Source of the DNA: Octopus vulgaris
Taxonomy: Eukaryota
Direction of reading: 5' to 3'
NCBI GenBank assembly: GCA_951406725.2
Contig: OX597832.1
Span: 68,200,001 to 68,264,000 of the forward strand
DNA: 64,000 nucleotides
The translations under genes were made by a program, and so were the position numbers. Position 1 is the first letter of the stretch. Each line of letters begins with the position of its first letter. This document shows positions 27,737 through 41,689 of this stretch, piece by piece. Under the pieces are notes generated by a model. It had not been told where the DNA came from, did not search any database, and was given only the letters and a program-made list of their open reading frames with translations.

Positions 27737-27767
<31 letters not shown>

Positions 27768-27793
27768 ATTTAGCCCCCAGTGGGCAATAAAGA

Positions 27794-27835
<42 letters not shown>

Positions 27836-28003
27836 CATATAGACATACATATGACGGGATTCTTTTAGTTTCTCTCTATCAAATCCAGTTACAAAACTTT
27901 GGTCGGCTCGGGAGTATAGTACAAGACATTTGCCCGCAAGGTGCCACGTTGCGTTACTGAACCTGGAACCATGTAGTTGGAAAACAAGCTTCTTACCACA
28001 CAC
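27423..28003 (-). mobile_element. SINE family A, diverged
   Basis: Tail at 27423-27600 and head at 27850-28003 in reverse complement. Confidence 0.75.
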
Positions 28004-28278
28004 CGATGAACCATTCTTTAACTTCTAACTCGTTTCACTTACGAGGCTTCGGCCTTGCTGGAGCACCGCCTTGAAAAGCTCTTGGTGAAAGGAATCACCC
28101 CCAGTACTTATATTTTTTACGCCTGGAAATTTTTCTATCTTTTCTTTAACTGAACCGCTAAGTTGCAGGTACATAAACTCACCACACCGGGTGTCCGTCG
28201 AAAAGGAATAATCAACATTCATGCATATTAAGGTCTATCTTTTGTTTACTTTACTAACCTAATATATCTTTCTACCTT

Positions 28279-28320
<42 letters not shown>

Positions 28321-28329
<9 letters not shown>

Positions 28330-28476
28330 GTTAAAGAGGACAACCAGCGTTGAGGCAAGACAAACATCTCAAGTTGTATAAAATATTATTATTGTAAAAC
28401 TTTAATAATAATATTGCATACAACTTGAAATGTTTGCTTTACCTTAACGTTGGTTGTCTTCTTTAACAATTATATA
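28321..28476. repeat. Fold-back inverted repeat with ~70 bp arms at the edge of a TA-flanked insert (to ~28603)
   Basis: TATATAATTGTTAAAGAGGACAACCAGCGTTGAGG..CAAGTTGTAT..AATATTATTATT / AATAATAATATT..ATACAACTTG..CCTTAACGTTGGTTGTCTTCTTTAACAATTATATA. Confidence 0.88.
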
Positions 28477-28600
28477 TCCGCTGCATCAGGAAATTGCTAG
28501 GGCCCCATATCTAGCGTCTCGGTTACAACCTTGGAGCCCTACTAATCTGTTACAGCACTCACCTTGCGTACCTAGATCTCCTGTGAACTAAACCACCATA

Positions 28601-28693
<93 letters not shown>

Positions 28694-28994
28694 ATGTATG
28701 TATAAGGACTGCGTAGAGGAGAACGATGAGGCATTGCCAGTGCACCACTCGACCAGTGTTTCAGATTATCTACACTCAGGAAATGTAAAAACCCAGGAGT
28801 CACAACGGTGAAACTTTATGAGGAGTAAAATATAACGCATGGATTTGGATTACCCCAAGCATGGCCGCAGTCTAATAACTCAAACAAAAGTTAGAAGATA
28901 AAAGATATATATAACCTTCAAGGTACAATGTCCGAAACTTTGGGGGAGGGGGCCAGACGAAATACCGTAAGCATCTCGCCCGACGTACTAACGT

Positions 28995-29231
28995 TACTTA
29001 TTTCTTTATTGTCCAAAAGGGGCTAAACATAGTTGGGATAAACAAGGACAGGCAAAGGGATTAAGTCGATTACATCGACCCCAGTACGTAACTGGTACTT
29101 AATTTATCGACCTCAAAAGAATGAAAGGCAAAGTCGACCTTGGCAGAATTTGAACTCAGAACGTAACGGCAGACGAAATAGTGCTATGCATTTCTCCCGG
29201 CGTGCTAACGTTTCTGCCAGCTCGCCGCCTT
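28995..29231 (-). mobile_element. SINE family B, full copy
   Basis: Reverse complement of the 10609-10840 type; preceded by a fragment of the same family. Confidence 0.88.
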
Positions 29232-29372
29232 AAAAGATATATGTTTAATGGCTAACAATTTCTATCATTGGTTCACTCAAAATATATTGCGAGAATCATT
29301 GCCATCGACTGAAATAAGAAAAAGATTTTAAAATATTTCGCTCTCTTCTCTCTCTCCTTCTCCCTCCCTCTC

Positions 29373-29446
<74 letters not shown>

Positions 29447-29460
29447 GTATGTATGTATAA

Positions 29461-30001
29461 ACGCAGCGTCACTGTGTTGTAACAAGTTTGCTTCCTAACC
29501 ACATGATTCTGTGTTCAGTCTCACTGCGTGGCACTTGCGCAAATGTCTTCTACCATTGTCTCGGGTCGACCAAAGTTTTCTAAAAGGATTAAGCAGATGG
29601 AAACTGAAGGGAACCGTCCTATGTATATGTCTGTGCTTGTTCGTATATTTTTGTTTCTGCGTTTATATCTCATTTGCCGTTGACAAACCATGTTAGCATG
29701 TTTACTTATTCAATCAGTCTCTTTTGCTGAACCGCTAACTTACGGGGAGGTAAACACACCAGCATCGGTTGTCAAGGGATATTAGGAGAACAAGCACAGA
29801 CACACAAACATGCACATGCACACATACATACATATATACGACGGGCTTCTTTCAGTTTCTGTCTACCAAATCCACTCACAAGGCTTTACTCGGTCCGAGG
29901 CTATAGTAGAAGACACCTACCTAAGGTGCCACACAGTGGGACTGAACTCGGAACCATTTGGTTGTTAAGCAAGCTACTTACCACATAGCCACTCCTGCGC
30001 C

Positions 30002-30003
<2 letters not shown>
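29461..30003. mobile_element. Two SINE family A copies in convergent orientation (29461-29700 +, 29701-30003 -)
   Basis: Heads at both outer ends; both tails truncated at the junction. Confidence 0.8.
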
Positions 30004-30052
<49 letters not shown>

Positions 30053-30927
30053 AATATATGAATATATATATATTTATGTGTGTGTGTAAGAGTGTGTATC
30101 TGTCTGTCAGTCTATCAATCTATCTTTATATTCTCTCATTTCTCCAAGAAAATCTCCAATTTGTCTAACCCGAAATAATATATTCACATAAAGACAACCT
30201 GTCAAAATATTTCCCGTGATATCTATCCCGCCTCCAATCTCCCTCTCTCTCTCCCCCTCTCTCTCTCCCTCTCTCTCTCTCTTCTTTCTCCTCTTCACTT
30301 TGCTCTCTCCCTGTCTACTCTACTCTCTCTCTTTCCTCCCCTTCCCTCTGCTCTCTCTACTCTCCTCTCACCCTCATCTTTCTCCTCTTATCTCCTTTCT
30401 CTCCCTGTCTAATCACATTTCTTTCGCTCTCTCCGCTCTTTTCAGGCCTACTCTCCCTCTCTCCTTTCTCATATAGCAAACTTTTCTTGATTTCTCTTCT
30501 TTATCTTCAATCATTATCATCAATCTTTGTTCATAATCACTATCAGCGCCCCACTCCATACCAGGTCCTCCATCATTCATATGCTCAATATATACTCTTT
30601 CCAACTCCCCCCTTCTCTCTCTCCATCTCTCCCTCACACTCCCTCTCTTGCTTTCTTTTGAAGTCTTTCTATATATTTTCAATTCAGGCATGCAGAAACA
30701 CATATACTCAAATAAGTTTATAGAAGTGTTTGTGCGTGTGTCAGTATGTGTGTATCTATCTATATATCTATATATATATATATGCATGTATGTATGTATC
30801 TATTTATCTATCTATTTATCGCGGTATCTTTCTTTGTTCTCTTTTGTCTCTCTCTCTCTCTCTCTACTTCACTCATCCTCTCGGTGTCTGCCTCTTTCCG
30901 TGCATATGGGTGCGCGTGAGATAATAC

Positions 30928-30967
<40 letters not shown>

Positions 30968-31718
30968 CTTTAATGCATATATACATATATATGCATGTGT
31001 ATAATTGTAATTATGTGCATACATATATATTTTCATAATCACACACACACACACACACTTCTCTTTCTCTCTCTCCTTCTCTTCTCATATTTCTGCTTCC
31101 AACGTTAACACTGATGACTTGTAACTCGGTGTCTCTGCATTAGTTTCATTGTAGACAAATTTACAAAGGTTGAGTCCGTGTCATTCTATATTAGACGATC
31201 TCGTCGTCATTGATGATTACATTGAGCTCCTGTGTCCCCTCGCTTGTTATTGCATCACCAGCATATCTTTCATTATCTGCCTTTTATCGTCTACTTTTGT
31301 TTTCATGAAATAGATAAATGAAAGGAAAAGAGACACGACACATAACATACAAGCACACATACGAACATACATACTTACACGCATATAAACACATACACAT
31401 AAATTATTATGTTATTGGATATTAGGTTACAGTGTGGGTGAGCGGGTAGGTAAAGCTAAAGCGAAAATTTCATGTCTGTCTGGTTATCTTTCTATTTATC
31501 TATCAATCTATCAGTTCATCTATCTATTTACACACACACGTGTGTGTATAAATATATGTGTGTATATACATATATGTATATTATAATTCATAAGTGCGTG
31601 TATATGTGTACATTTATCTACTTTTTCTCTCCTTACTCTCCCTCTCTCTCTCCCTATATGTATGTACACACACACACACATATATATATGTATATTGCGT
31701 GTATTTATATATGCGTAA

Positions 31719-31762
<44 letters not shown>

Positions 31763-33084
31763 TTATATACATATATATATACTTATATACATACATATAT
31801 GTATATATCTATATATATACTTATATTCATACATATATATATATATATATACAGCGAATATTGCTAGGCAGACTGACAGACAAAGAGATAGATATAAACA
31901 GATATATTGAGGTTTGGGTGTGTGCATTTGTGTGTGGTGGGAGAGATAGGGGGATGAAAACCAATCATGTCGTCCATATTAATACAAGATTTATGAATAT
32001 ACATAGTCTGCTCGTGCCGTAATGACATCACAAGCAAATATGCTTATTGAGCTTAAATGTATTTAACATGATAATGAAATACAATTAAAATATGGAAAAA
32101 CGGGTTTCTTTTTCATTGAAAGTATTTACATATTGGAATAATATCCTCGGAATTGTATAATCTCGGGTCGTTATACTTTCTTTAGAAATGTTTCTATAGA
32201 ATAGATTGTCACAAGAAAAGGCACAAGTACAACAGGATCTTAGATTTACATAGAGACTGAGAGGCGAACACATAGTTCTCTGTCTTTCTTTCTCTCTTTA
32301 ACTAACTAACTATACATATATATATAGTGAGACAGAACACACACACTGATAGTGATAATAATAACCAGTTGTTAGAACTAGATATCCTTATATTGCACAA
32401 TCAACCAGCATCTTAAAATCAACAAGAGCAACCTCAACGACTAACCGGATATGATTTTTAAATGAGAATATCTTAAATAAACCCAACTTCTCTCACTAAC
32501 AAAAATGCTAAAAATGAACTCGACTGCTCTCCAAAGTTAAGTTTTTAAAAAAACCGGAAAAATAATCCTTGTCCCGTACCTGATCGATCCCAAAGGTAGT
32601 CATGTAATGTGAAAGTGGCTGTAGAAAATTCAGTAACCTTATGAAATAGTTAATCCTTATGTAATACAAGACAAAATTAACAAATTCACCATTCAAATTA
32701 GTTTCAAATGCGGAGGTAATAATAAGCTCTAATCAGGAACTTTTAAACGAATAGCATGAGACATTTTGGTTTTCTCTTCTCTTAACTTCTGGCTTTCCTT
32801 TAGCCTTCCTATTGTTTTATATCGATGTATAAATGTATGTATATATATATAAGTATATTGTAAAGTGTTAATATTTATGTATAATATATAAGAAAATATA
32901 CATTATAAAAATATGCTAGTGCTATTTCATATCTGAACAGTTTTGCTGCCATTTATATATGTAGTTTGATTTCTTTATCCATCAGTTTCTACTAAGATAG
33001 AGACGCGAGTAAAATTAATAATAGGGAAACGAAAATAAAACTTTGAAATCTGCCTAAAGAGAGATAATTGAGAAATACTTCAAA

Positions 33085-33318
33085 GTCAACGTAAGATCGT
33101 AATCATGTAAAGTAAATCTAACAAATAACCCAGAATTCTTGCCTGGGGCCGGATCGATCCCAAAATCTAATCAATTCTCGCCAGGTACGAGGCCAAACAT
33201 CCCTGAAAGTTTCATCCGAATCCATCTAGCAGTTCTTGAGATATCTTGTCCACGGTCAAACAAACAAATAAACACGACTGAAAGTAATACCCCCGCCTTC
33301 GCTGAGGCGGAGGTAATA
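33085..33318 (+). mobile_element. Helentron-associated (HINE/DINE-1-like) non-autonomous element, 3' part
   Basis: AAAGTTTCATCCGAATCCATC..TTCTTGAGATATC, short (CAAA)n, then hairpin TACCCCCGCCT-tcgctg-AGGCGGAGGTA (33288-33315). A related fragment at ~32550-32720 shares GATCGATCCCAAA and GCGGAGGTAATAA. Confidence 0.6.
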
Positions 33319-33540
33319 AATCAATGAATTAAAAAAGAGCAGCATTAGCTTACAGCTGTTTCTATCCGCAGAACTAAGTGTCTAATACTTCATTTAGGTT
33401 CCACAGAGCCGTCTTAAAGTACTGCGGTGTTTTTTTTATTATTTATCATGCGAAGCACATATATTCATACATACTTAGAAAGACAGACAATCAGAACGAA
33501 GAGACAGACAGACAGACAGATAGATAGATAGATAGATAGT

Positions 33541-33616
<76 letters not shown>

Positions 33617-34711
33617 CTGGTGTATTGTTAGGCGTTTCTGATACAGCTGGATGAATCTTTTGATCTATATTCTATGTTTGTTGGAAATTTAGAATAAGGC
33701 GGTTTGGTTCAGCTGCCTGGGCACAGATATTCAGCCTGCTTCGGTATGAGTACCTTTTAACAAAGGAAGAGCATATATACACGCGCGCGCAGAATCATAT
33801 ATATATATACACGGCTGGAAAGAATAAGAGATTTATACAACACTTTCCCTCCCCTTATATGTACAAATATGCATACACACTCAGACACAGACACAGAGAG
33901 GGAGAAAGGAAAAGAATGGAGAGAAAATGTGAAACATAGAAGAAACGTCAAATGTCAATCAACCTCGAATCACTGACGCCAAAACGGCTGTGCCAAAACG
34001 TTTCATACACTCTGGATGGGTGTATTCATCTATAACTTTGCATAACAAATAAACACTTTACTGGAATATCCCTGGAGCAGGGAGAGATAAGATTTTAACT
34101 AACCCTCAAATCTTAAGGTACATCTCCTTGGTATAGAAACAGCTATAAGTTAAATGAAGTGATTGCTTAACTCTTGTGACTTCATTCTCAATCTAAAATG
34201 ATGCGAACTGCAGTGTGACCATTGATGTATAACGACATCCGATAGTCTGGTCGATCACGTGATCAGTAACACACCCATGCACATATAGGCGCAGGGTTAA
34301 CTGTATGATTATGGAACTTCTTTTGCAACAATATCGGGTCAATATTGGTCAAGTTTCTTTAAGCACATAACCGGTGTTGGATCTTTTACGCTCCAGTAAC
34401 ATAGCGGTTCGATAAGAGAGACCGATAGAATAAATAACAGACTTGTAAAAGAAATGAATACCAGTGTCGACTAAAACACAAGTAGTAGGAGGAGGAAGCT
34501 GGAACGGAAGGACAAATTAAAGGAGGAGGAGAAGGTTGTGATGATGGAAGAAGAAAGGAAGAGGTGGCATTGCCCCAGCATTGCCGTAATCCTGTGACTG
34601 AAACAAGTAAAAGATAAAAGATGTCGTAGCTTTCCACTCTATTCTACATTTTCTTTTCTTTTTTGCTATCAGTTATTTTCCGATTTCATCTCATACAATA
34701 TTAATTAATTA

Positions 34712-34771
<60 letters not shown>

Positions 34772-36859
34772 TAATAATAATATACTAATTATAAATCAGA
34801 AATGAATCAAAGCAAAGCACCTTGAAGATATTCAATCGACTTTACCTTACTCGATACGATATCAATTCTATCGATGCTAAAAAATATTACCATTTTAAGC
34901 TGCTCCGATTAGATCATACACTCATGAAAACGCCATTGAATTTAGCAAAGAATTTAATTAAAATGAGTAATTTATAAAAGTTGTAATTATTATTGTCGTT
35001 GTTGTTGCAGTTTGAATGATAATATAACCTTCATTCATAATTCATAATTAGTGAAAGAGTAGAAACATCTATGACAAATAGAAATGCTTCATTCCCGCTA
35101 ATTATTCCCTTCTCTTCTTAACAATCTTCTTCTTCTCCTTCTGCTTGTTTCACACCCCCATGGCCACCACCTCCGCCTCTTCCCTTCTTTCTTCTTTCAT
35201 CATCACAACCTTCTCCTCCTCCTCCTTCATATTGTCCTTCTGTTCCAGCTTCCTCCTCCTAACTACCCCCCCCCACGAAATCTCTACCTCCAAATCTTCA
35301 CATCCTTCCCTACCTCCACCTCACCACAAGCACCATCTTCTCTTCTTCCTCCCCCTCCTCCACGTCTTCCTATAACCTTCTTCCTCTTCCTTCTCCTACA
35401 CCACGTCATCCCATCACCGCATTCTCACCACAATTTCCTCCTCTTTCTTCACCACCATATTATTGCCCTCTCCTTTCTCCTCCTATTTCCCTACTACCTC
35501 CCCCACTGCTTCTGTCTCTTTTTCTCCTCCTTTCCCTCCTACCTGCCCCTTTCTCCTCCCCTGCTCTATCTTTCTCCTCCCCTTTATCCCGCCTAATCTT
35601 CCTCCACCCATCCACCCCTGGAATTGCTGTTCTTGCTCCGATGTCCCTCAATATTTTATTGCGACGTTTACATGAATGAAAGTTTCCTTTTTGTATTTTA
35701 GTTTCATGTTAAATCGGTGAAAATTACACAATTGTAGAGTTCACTGCCAATACCCGGGGTGAAACTAAAAGGTGACTCTACTGTCGTATGATTCAATTTC
35801 ATTTCAAAATTCTTCTGTTTTAGCAGCGAGAAATTCTCCTCAGAAAATGGAACTTTAAAATACCGCGTTAAAAATTAAAACTAGTTAAACATAAACGTTT
35901 GCCAAATGAAAAAAAAAGAAGTTTTAAAAAGTTGAAACTTTAATTTCCACGACACAAATTCATTAAAGGTATCCACAATAACAACTCATTTGCTGGTGTT
36001 ATTAGAAACATAGAATAGAAATTTTAATTATGAGTTAATCATCGATGGACGAGACAATCAAGTAGAAATACATTGCCTTAGCAAATGCTTACTTACTCGA
36101 GACTTTAATCCAAAATCAAGTGAGGTGATAAGAAAAATACCTTTTCTTTACAAGCAAACAAGGTCATTTCAAGGACGCTGTAGCCCAGGGATCCTCGGTG
36201 GGTATCCATGTGGCTCTTGGGGTTCCATATAACATTGTTAAAATTTATTTGCAATAAATTGCTTACACTTCTATAAAACACAAAACTTTTTAACATTTCA
36301 ATAAAATTTCGTATAATATTTCATTATAAAAATAGAGAGTTTTTTAAACATTGAATGGAGGTCCAGTGGAATAAAATAAGAAAAAAAGGGCTCCATAGGC
36401 GAAAAATAAAGGAGTAACACCCGTTAAATTCTTGCCGGTGAGTGAAAGGATGTTATTTCTGTCCACCGAGAGAGTTTACTTGATATTTAATCACGGAGGA
36501 GGTGGTAAAATGTAAGGCCACGTTTGTACACTGCTCACCTTCCTAACAACGAATATGGGTCAGTGGATTAGACGGGACACAGTCACGGTATTGGTTAAGT
36601 TATTGACATTTTCGTATGAAATAAGAATGTGGATGTAGGAATGACTGAAAAACGCTACGTGACAAGTGGCGTGAGTATAGTTGAACATAGAAGTTCTAAG
36701 TGGAGAAAACAGTAAGGAGGTTCCAGAGCTGTATATGTTTTCGGTGACAAAGGTAAGTCCGCATCTTTGGTCATGTGGTGCAGAAGGCCTTGTTTATTTA
36801 TTTACCTTTTTAGTTGCAAAGTTTGGAGGAAGAAGTAGACATTTTAACTCTCGAAAGCA

Positions 36860-37310
36860 CTTCGAGGTCCGAAGCATCAGTGTTTGTGATGCTGAATTGA
36901 AACTGTTGCACGTTTGCACCTCCAGAAAAGACATGAGCAAGAACATTCCAGGGCAGTTGGAGGGTATATTCAGGACAGAGAGGACTGAGCAAGTTGGTTA
37001 GCGTGGTGCTGGGGTGGGTGTTGAGCAAAACAAGGGTGATGAGATGCGAAAAGAGACGTGTGTCGGGGAATCCTACGGATAGGGACACAAGAGATCCGGG
37101 ACTGCATAGCTCTGAGTAGTTGCCAAAATAATTGCGGTAAAAAAAAACACAGAGGGAAGAGACATCGCGTTTATGAGTCGAAGGCTGAAGTGCGTCTGCC
37201 AATGATGGGATGTCATTCAATCGAATGGCACTTCTCTGAATGAGGTCCAGGATGTTTGTGTGAGTAGCAGTAGCACCGTTTAAGGTGGGGGTGGGAGACC
37301 TCACTCCATT
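36860..37310 (-). mobile_element. LINE ORF2 C-terminal remnant (CR1/L2 group)
   Basis: LDLIQRSAIRL..SLADALQPSTHKRDVSSLCVFFYRNYFGNYSEL matches the post-RT region typical of CR1/L2-group LINEs; frameshifted downstream. Confidence 0.75.
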
Positions 37311-39672
37311 GTGATAATTCCTACAGGTAAGGTAGCAAGTACCACCGGAGAGCGTTCACTTTTGAAGAGTTAGAGAAATAGGAGAAGAAAGAGTGCAATA
37401 TATGTTTGAGTTTTCTTATTCCAGCATAAATCTGTGTAAACCTGCTGCAGAATTAAAGTCTGTAAAATTGAGCCTAATTTCTGAAACAGTATAATTCAGA
37501 TAAATATAAAATCGTTCGATACATAAATTTCGATACAAATGAGTATCAGACAAAGTACTGAAATGAATAGATGTAATTTATATAACGTTTCGGACAGAAT
37601 CCTTTTTCAGGGAAAATTTGAAAGGAGAGAAATTAATGAATGACAGCATAACTTTACATCCTCCACACTCTACTGTCTCTCCTTAATTTCGTTCTTTAGT
37701 TTGCTCGATCGTATATAATTTATGTAATTTATGGAGACGATGCCTCACAACGACAGCTGCCCAAAGGTTGAATCCAATAAAACTGTGCATAACAATGTGT
37801 TGTTTACAAATTACTTTGAATGGATAGAAAATATGGGTTAAAACAAATGAATTTGTAAACCATTGTTGAAAATAGATCAGTTGATTCAAATGCGTGAGAT
37901 ACTTCGTTATTAAACAATATTTTACTTCGGGAAACAAAATCGAAAAACTCGAATATTGTAAGTGAATAGTAAGCTATCACAAGTCAAAATATGTGAGTGG
38001 ATGAATACAAAATGTTTGGTAGAAAATAGGTTAATGGAATCAAATATGCATGATACTGAGTTAATGAAGCATATTTGACTGCTGGAGACAAGATATTTGA
38101 AAGAAAATAAAAGTAAACGTCGAGATGAGTAGACGTCAGATAAATTTAAGATTGTGCTGATAAAATTAGATTTAATAGGTGATAATGTGGAGGAAATACA
38201 ATTTCTTAGCTTTGACAAATATATTTCTAATAAGGACTAAGTGTATAGCGTAGATCGTCCCTAATAGAGTGGTTCTATGATTAAAGGCTTTTGATTTGTA
38301 ATCATCCCAGTTGATTTCTATACACTGCATGCTTTGGACTGATTTATCAAATGCCTTCTGTGCAATTTTTCAAAAGGAAGGGCGTGATTTTAAAAAGACT
38401 TAACTGATATTTTCAGCACAAAATTTAGCCATACAATTGCTCAATCGTTGGCTCGTAAACACTCGAGTGCACGCACACGAACTCAAACGAAGGAGCAAAA
38501 CTATATCCATTTCCTATGAAATACGTTTATGTTTGCTGCGAGACTGCATGAAATTGCAAATTAATTGAAATAAGATTCAGGGAGAAATAAAATATGGAAT
38601 AACGTTGTAATATTGTCACTTGTTCCAATCTAAAATAGTTATTTCTCTAAATTTCGCACTCAAAACAGCTAAAGTTGGCAATTTCCATAGAAGACATTAC
38701 ACGGAAAGCCATACTAGAAGAATTCTTTGTTTATCAGTTGATATAGATGTTAATTTTTAATTATATATTCATTACAAATATTGACACTCTCTCTTTCTCT
38801 CTCTCACTCTCTTCCCAATTCGTCTCTTTATCCATATCTTCCTTCCTCTCTCTCTCCCTCTCGCTCTCTCTCTTGTCTCACTGCTGCAGTGCTAATTGCA
38901 ATTTACACAGAAATACTCAAGGGAGGAATGTATTTAAGAATGTTATAAAATCTAACGATCAACGCACACACACACACACACAATTATAGGCACGCATATT
39001 CAAACATTCACACACGTGCATCCTCATACACACACACACACAATTGTACTCAGTGCATGATTTTCCAAACTAACAATTGAGAAATGTTTATGCGTGTGTT
39101 TATGCCTGATTGTGTTAAGTCACAATTTATAAATATATTTAGTTTCTGTTGATACAGCTTTGGCAAATATAAAGGTTGCCCAAACAGTTCCATTGCTACA
39201 TTCTGCAAACATATCAGCAAAAATGGTTCTCAAAATCATAGGATATTTCCAGAATCAACGAAAGTATGCTGATTTGAGAATCCTTTATATTTGTTGGGTG
39301 CCGTTAAAGAAGTAAAAATCTAAAGAAGAAAAGTGGTTTTATTTTACTTAAGTGTATTGTACTAATTATAAACTTGTCTCGTTCTCTTTCAGTTAAACAA
39401 TTTCATACTTGTGCACAATAGTTTATAAAAATAACCATTATTATAGGGGACTGTTACATTACACAATAAGGGCTGCAATGTGGAATCTGTAATATTTTCT
39501 CTGATTTAATACCTTTGCTGAGATCTCAATTGTTCGTGTCATAGAAGATCATATGACAAACGGGAATAAAATCAACTTTTATCTCTGCACATCTCTAATT
39601 GCCTATTTAAAATAAAGGCTAGTAATACTAAAATGTACAACTGTACACACACGCACATACATACGTAGATAC

Positions 39673-39710
<38 letters not shown>

Positions 39711-39856
39711 CAAAGGTATGAGAGGTATTGGTATTCGGAAGAGCCAAGGTGGCAGGTAACGCTACGTAATTGCTATGGAAGGACCGTGGTTAAACGCTTG
39801 GTTTGATAATGATACGAGCGAGGAGTCTAATGCAGGCCTTATATGAGCATGTATAT

Positions 39857-40695
39857 GTTAAATAAAATGAGACAACAAAGCCAAGGCTGTGTGGAATTTT
39901 CAGGAAGATTCTAACATATCACCAAACCTCACACACCACATGCATATTCATTTCTTACATTGTTATCTCTTTATACCCTTCCTCTACTCCTCTCTCATCC
40001 CTCCTCAGAACATCTTGACCACCAACACTTTTCACTTTCTTACACGTTTTTCACTTTCTCTTCTTGTTATCATTTTCTGTTCCTCTTTTTCTTCTCCTTT
40101 TCTCCCTTTTTTCCTTTGACCTCTCTCTTCAGTTTAACATACACATCGCTCTTCCCCTGTCTATCCACGTAATACTACCACTACATTCTCAAATTTTTAT
40201 TCACACCACAAAACACATTTGAATGAAGAGCACATAGAATCTACGTCCCCACACTTTCCATTTGTGATGACAAAATATGAACTTCTATCGGAATTTACAT
40301 ATCACGGATAGGAGGCATTTCTATCACTTCTACACACCACTTTCCTTGGATACTCGAACTGCAACTATAACATCTTTATATAATTTTATTTGTATTTTAT
40401 TTTCTACATTCATTCTCCTGTTTCCTTTTATACTTCTTATTTGCTTCCCATTTCGAAATAACTCCTCATTTTGAAATCTAATATTTCCTTCTATTTAACC
40501 ATCTCACATCGTTTCTGATGAAGGGATATCCCTAATATCCCAGAAACAGCTGTAAGACTAACTTTCTCTTTAGAAATGTCCTGAAAATTCTACACAGCCT
40601 TGGCTTTGTTTCTCATTTCATTTAACATATATATATATATATGTTAAATGAAATGAGAAACAAAGCCAAGGCTGTGTAGAATTTTCAGGACATTT
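39857..40695 (+). mobile_element. Non-autonomous Penelope-derived element (pLTR-like) with hammerhead and inverted terminal copies
   Basis: The terminal ~53 bp (40574-40626) recurs inverted at 39857-39908 (diverged) and 40643-40695 (perfect); hammerhead at 40511; TA-rich junctions. PLE origin is inferred from this architecture. Confidence 0.65.
40511..40558 (+). ncRNA. Minimal type-I hammerhead ribozyme (PLE-type)
   Basis: GTTT-CTGATGA-A-GGGATAT-cccta-ATATCCC-A-GAAA-CAGCTG-TA-AGAC: intact CUGAUGA and GAAA core, 7-bp stem II, palindromic stem III ACAGCTGT, GUA triplet, stem I GUUU/AGAC. Confidence 0.82.
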
Positions 40696-40705
40696 ATATA
40701 TATAT

Positions 40706-40858
40706 ATATGACGGACCTCTTTCGGTTTCTGCCTACCAAATCTACTCACAGGGCTTTGATTGCCCCAAGGCTATAAAAGAAGACACTTGCCCAAGGTGCA
40801 CCGTAGTAGAACTGAACCGAGGATTGTGGCTGGAAAGGAAACGTCTTATCACACAGCC
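40706..40858 (-). mobile_element. SINE family A head
   Basis: Reverse-complement head ending at the internal TA tract where the preceding element sits. Confidence 0.75.
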
Positions 40859-40892
40859 AAGCCAAGCCAAGCCTTTAGATGCGTTATATAAA

Positions 40893-41329
40893 TCTATATA
40901 TATATAAACCTGAAAATGCGTGTCTGTCTGTCTGTGTGAATCTCTAAAACTTGAGAACTACACAACCAATTTCATTCAAGTTTTATACATGCCTTATTTA
41001 GGGTCCATGGAGTGTCATGGGCAAAAAAATGTTTTAACTTCTTGCCTAGGGCGAGCCCATAGCAATATCATATCCTTTCCACTATTTCAGTATTACGTGT
41101 TAAAAGTGAAACAAAAAACATCTCTCTATTGTAATGTCACATGCTTTCAATTTAATAGTGAAATTAATAAAGTGAAACTATTATATAAGAGGGGTGAACC
41201 ATTAACAGTGGATATCCATTTTGCTAGAAGAAGATCCGCTAAGATCCTATATGCTACAGCGCTGGTTTTCAATTCATATTAATCAAATTAATATTCAAGT
41301 TTTCACCCTTATTATTTTTAATTTAAATT

Positions 41330-41330
<1 letters not shown>
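40893..41330 (+). mobile_element. Helitron-like non-autonomous element, 5' portion
   Basis: A|TCTATATATATATAAA start followed by (TGTC)n and CCAATTTCATTCAAGTTTT, typical of short invertebrate Helitrons; no 3' hairpin found. Confidence 0.5.
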
Positions 41331-41334
<4 letters not shown>

Positions 41335-41392
<58 letters not shown>

Positions 41393-41396
41393 TTAA

Positions 41397-41430
<34 letters not shown>

Positions 41431-41472
41431 ATTTAAATATATATATATATATATATATACATATAAATTTAA

Positions 41473-41504
<32 letters not shown>

Positions 41505-41505
41505 A

Positions 41506-41545
<40 letters not shown>

Positions 41546-41619
41546 ATTTAAATATATATATATATATATATATAGATGTATATATACAGATGTATATATA
41601 TATGGATGTATATATATAA

Positions 41620-41689
<70 letters not shown>

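Noticed and set aside
33350-33400. GAAACAGCTGTAAG (minus), identical to the 3' half of the 40511 ribozyme; similar strings near 34135 and 49715
   Set aside because: No CTGANGA core or stem II upstream, so it cannot be called a ribozyme, though it may be a related remnant.
36180-36422. Decayed hAT MITE
   Set aside because: Internal GGGGTTCCATA and GGGCTCCATAG motifs are suggestive, but TIRs and TSD could not be identified.
41388-41552. CRISPR-like repeat-spacer pattern
   Set aside because: Spacers are just variable (TA)n; eukaryotic context with no cas genes.
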